This document shows, piece by piece, positions 62,729-64,000 of a DNA stretch of 64,000 nt; positions within the stretch are counted from its first letter, which is position 1, and each line of letters begins with the position of its first letter. The notes below the pieces were generated by a model. It was not told the DNA's origin. It ran no database searches and saw only the letters and a list, made by a program, of their open reading frames with translations. Source of the stretch: Mobula hypostoma (taxonomy: Eukaryota); assembly GCF_963921235.1 (NCBI RefSeq), contig NC_086097.1, positions 119,290,001 through 119,354,000 of the forward strand. Direction: 5' to 3'. Both the position numbers and the translations under genes were made by a program.

Positions 62729-62887
62729 AATGGGAGCCTCTAGGCGACCAACAGATTTGCCTGTATTATCGATGACCCGGGTGGGTGGGGGGGATTTGGC
62801 CGGCAGGCAAAACAGAACAACACAACCTTGACTTTCAGGCTGACAAGAGTTTGGAAAAACAGTTTGTGTCTGCTCTGTCCATGTTTG

Positions 62888-62899
62888 GCGAGAGCATTC
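62888..62899 (-). promoter_or_regulatory. Primer-binding site, putative self-priming type
   Basis: Immediately follows the LTR TGACA, lacks the TGG of tRNA PBSs, and is complementary to LTR segments 62555-62546 and 30877-30887. Confidence 0.7.
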
Positions 62900-64000
62900 T
62901 GTCACAATGGTGGGCCATTGGGAGCAAGGGTTGACCCAAATGCAAGACACATCTTGTTTGGTTACTTAGATTTAGTTTATTGTTTTAATCCCAAGAGAGC
63001 AGAGCAGAAGCAGGAATAGCGAACAGGATAAGGACTCAGGACTCTGACTAGGCTGGGACCAAGGGTCTGGACGTGGACTAGGAATCGGCTCCCAGAACTA
63101 GAGGAGACATGAAGAGGCTAGGGTATGGGCTCCGAGCCCGAGACTGGGCAAGGACCCAGTACCTGGGTCTTGCCTCGGGCTAGGACCCAGTACCTGGGTC
63201 TTGCCTTGGGCTCAGACCCAGAACCAGGCATGGACATGACATGGACTAGGGTGAGGGAACATGGAAAACAGAGCCTCGGTCTCGGGAGAGCAGGTACATG
63301 GAACCATGGACACATACACAGAACAGAGAGCCGGGACCCCTCCTTGGGTAGAGGACATAGGGCCGGGACTCACACACAAAACAGAGAGCCGGGACCCCTC
63401 CTTGGGTACAGGACATAGGGCCGGGACTCATGACCCCCTGCGGGGCAACGGCAAGACGGCCTGACTTAACCCACGGAGGCAAGGACAGGACAAGACAAGA
63501 CATGACACCCCAACGGGCAACGGCAAGATGGCCAGACTTACCCCATGGAGGCGAGGACAAGACAAGACAAGACCAACACGAATGAACACCAGACAGTACC
63601 TATCTAGCTTGGGTGATGGAACTAGACCGAAGTGCAGGCAGGGGCTGCAGACGAGGGCTAGAGGCGAGAGGGGCAGAGAAGGGATTCAGACAAGGGGGTA
63701 GGACAGGAATCACAGACCGCCAGGGCCAGGACTAGACTCAGAACTGGGAAGCCGCCAAGGCCAGGACTTGACATGGTACTTGAACGCCGCCAAGGCCAGG
63801 ACATGGACATCGTACTTGAACGCCGCCGGGGCCTGGATTTGGACATGGTACTTGGATGCCGCCGGAGCCAGGACGTGGACGTAGTACTTGAACGCTGCCA
63901 GAGCCAGAACGTGGACATGGTACTTGGATGCTGCCGGAGCCAGGATGTGGTGCTTGGAACCTTCGGGTAGTGCCGAGCTCTTGTCTCGGCCCGGGAACAG

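Larger units (their letters stand above)
61364..64000 (-). mobile_element. Non-autonomous Tf1/sushi-type LTR element: 3' LTR 61364-62715, internal region 62716-62899, 5' LTR from 62900 running off the window
   Basis: Two direct LTR copies with TGTCA/TGACA termini; non-tRNA PBS GAATGCTCTCGCC followed by ATG (62882); polypurine tract GGGAGGCGGG before the 3' LTR. Confidence 0.88.

Overview
This is eukaryotic vertebrate DNA, intergenic or deep intronic, made mostly of nested and decayed transposable elements. The repeat mix suggests a cartilaginous fish, possibly a ray (inference). I recognise no host protein-coding gene, rRNA, tRNA gene or CRISPR array; nearly every interpretable ORF in the track is a TE fragment or its antisense shadow. 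Present are many CR1 LINE copies, Rex1/Babar LINEs, one full-length L1, one near full-length RTE, an R4/Dong 3' half, two Penelope-like (PLE) lineages, Tc1 transposons, V-type and tRNA-derived SINEs, and several Gypsy solo LTRs with target-site duplications (TSDs). The most interesting signals are: (1) a non-autonomous Tf1/sushi-type LTR element with 1.35-1.9 kb VNTR-filled LTRs, a 184-bp internal region and an 11-nt LTR/PBS complementarity indicating tRNA-independent self-priming; (2) minimal hammerhead ribozyme motifs in PLE terminal repeats, one apparently intact; (3) recurrent small fold-back PLE insertions with 15-16 bp TSDs; (4) a three-TIR composite Tc1 derivative. Family names come from motif recognition by eye with no database search. 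Boundaries without a stated TSD are approximate.
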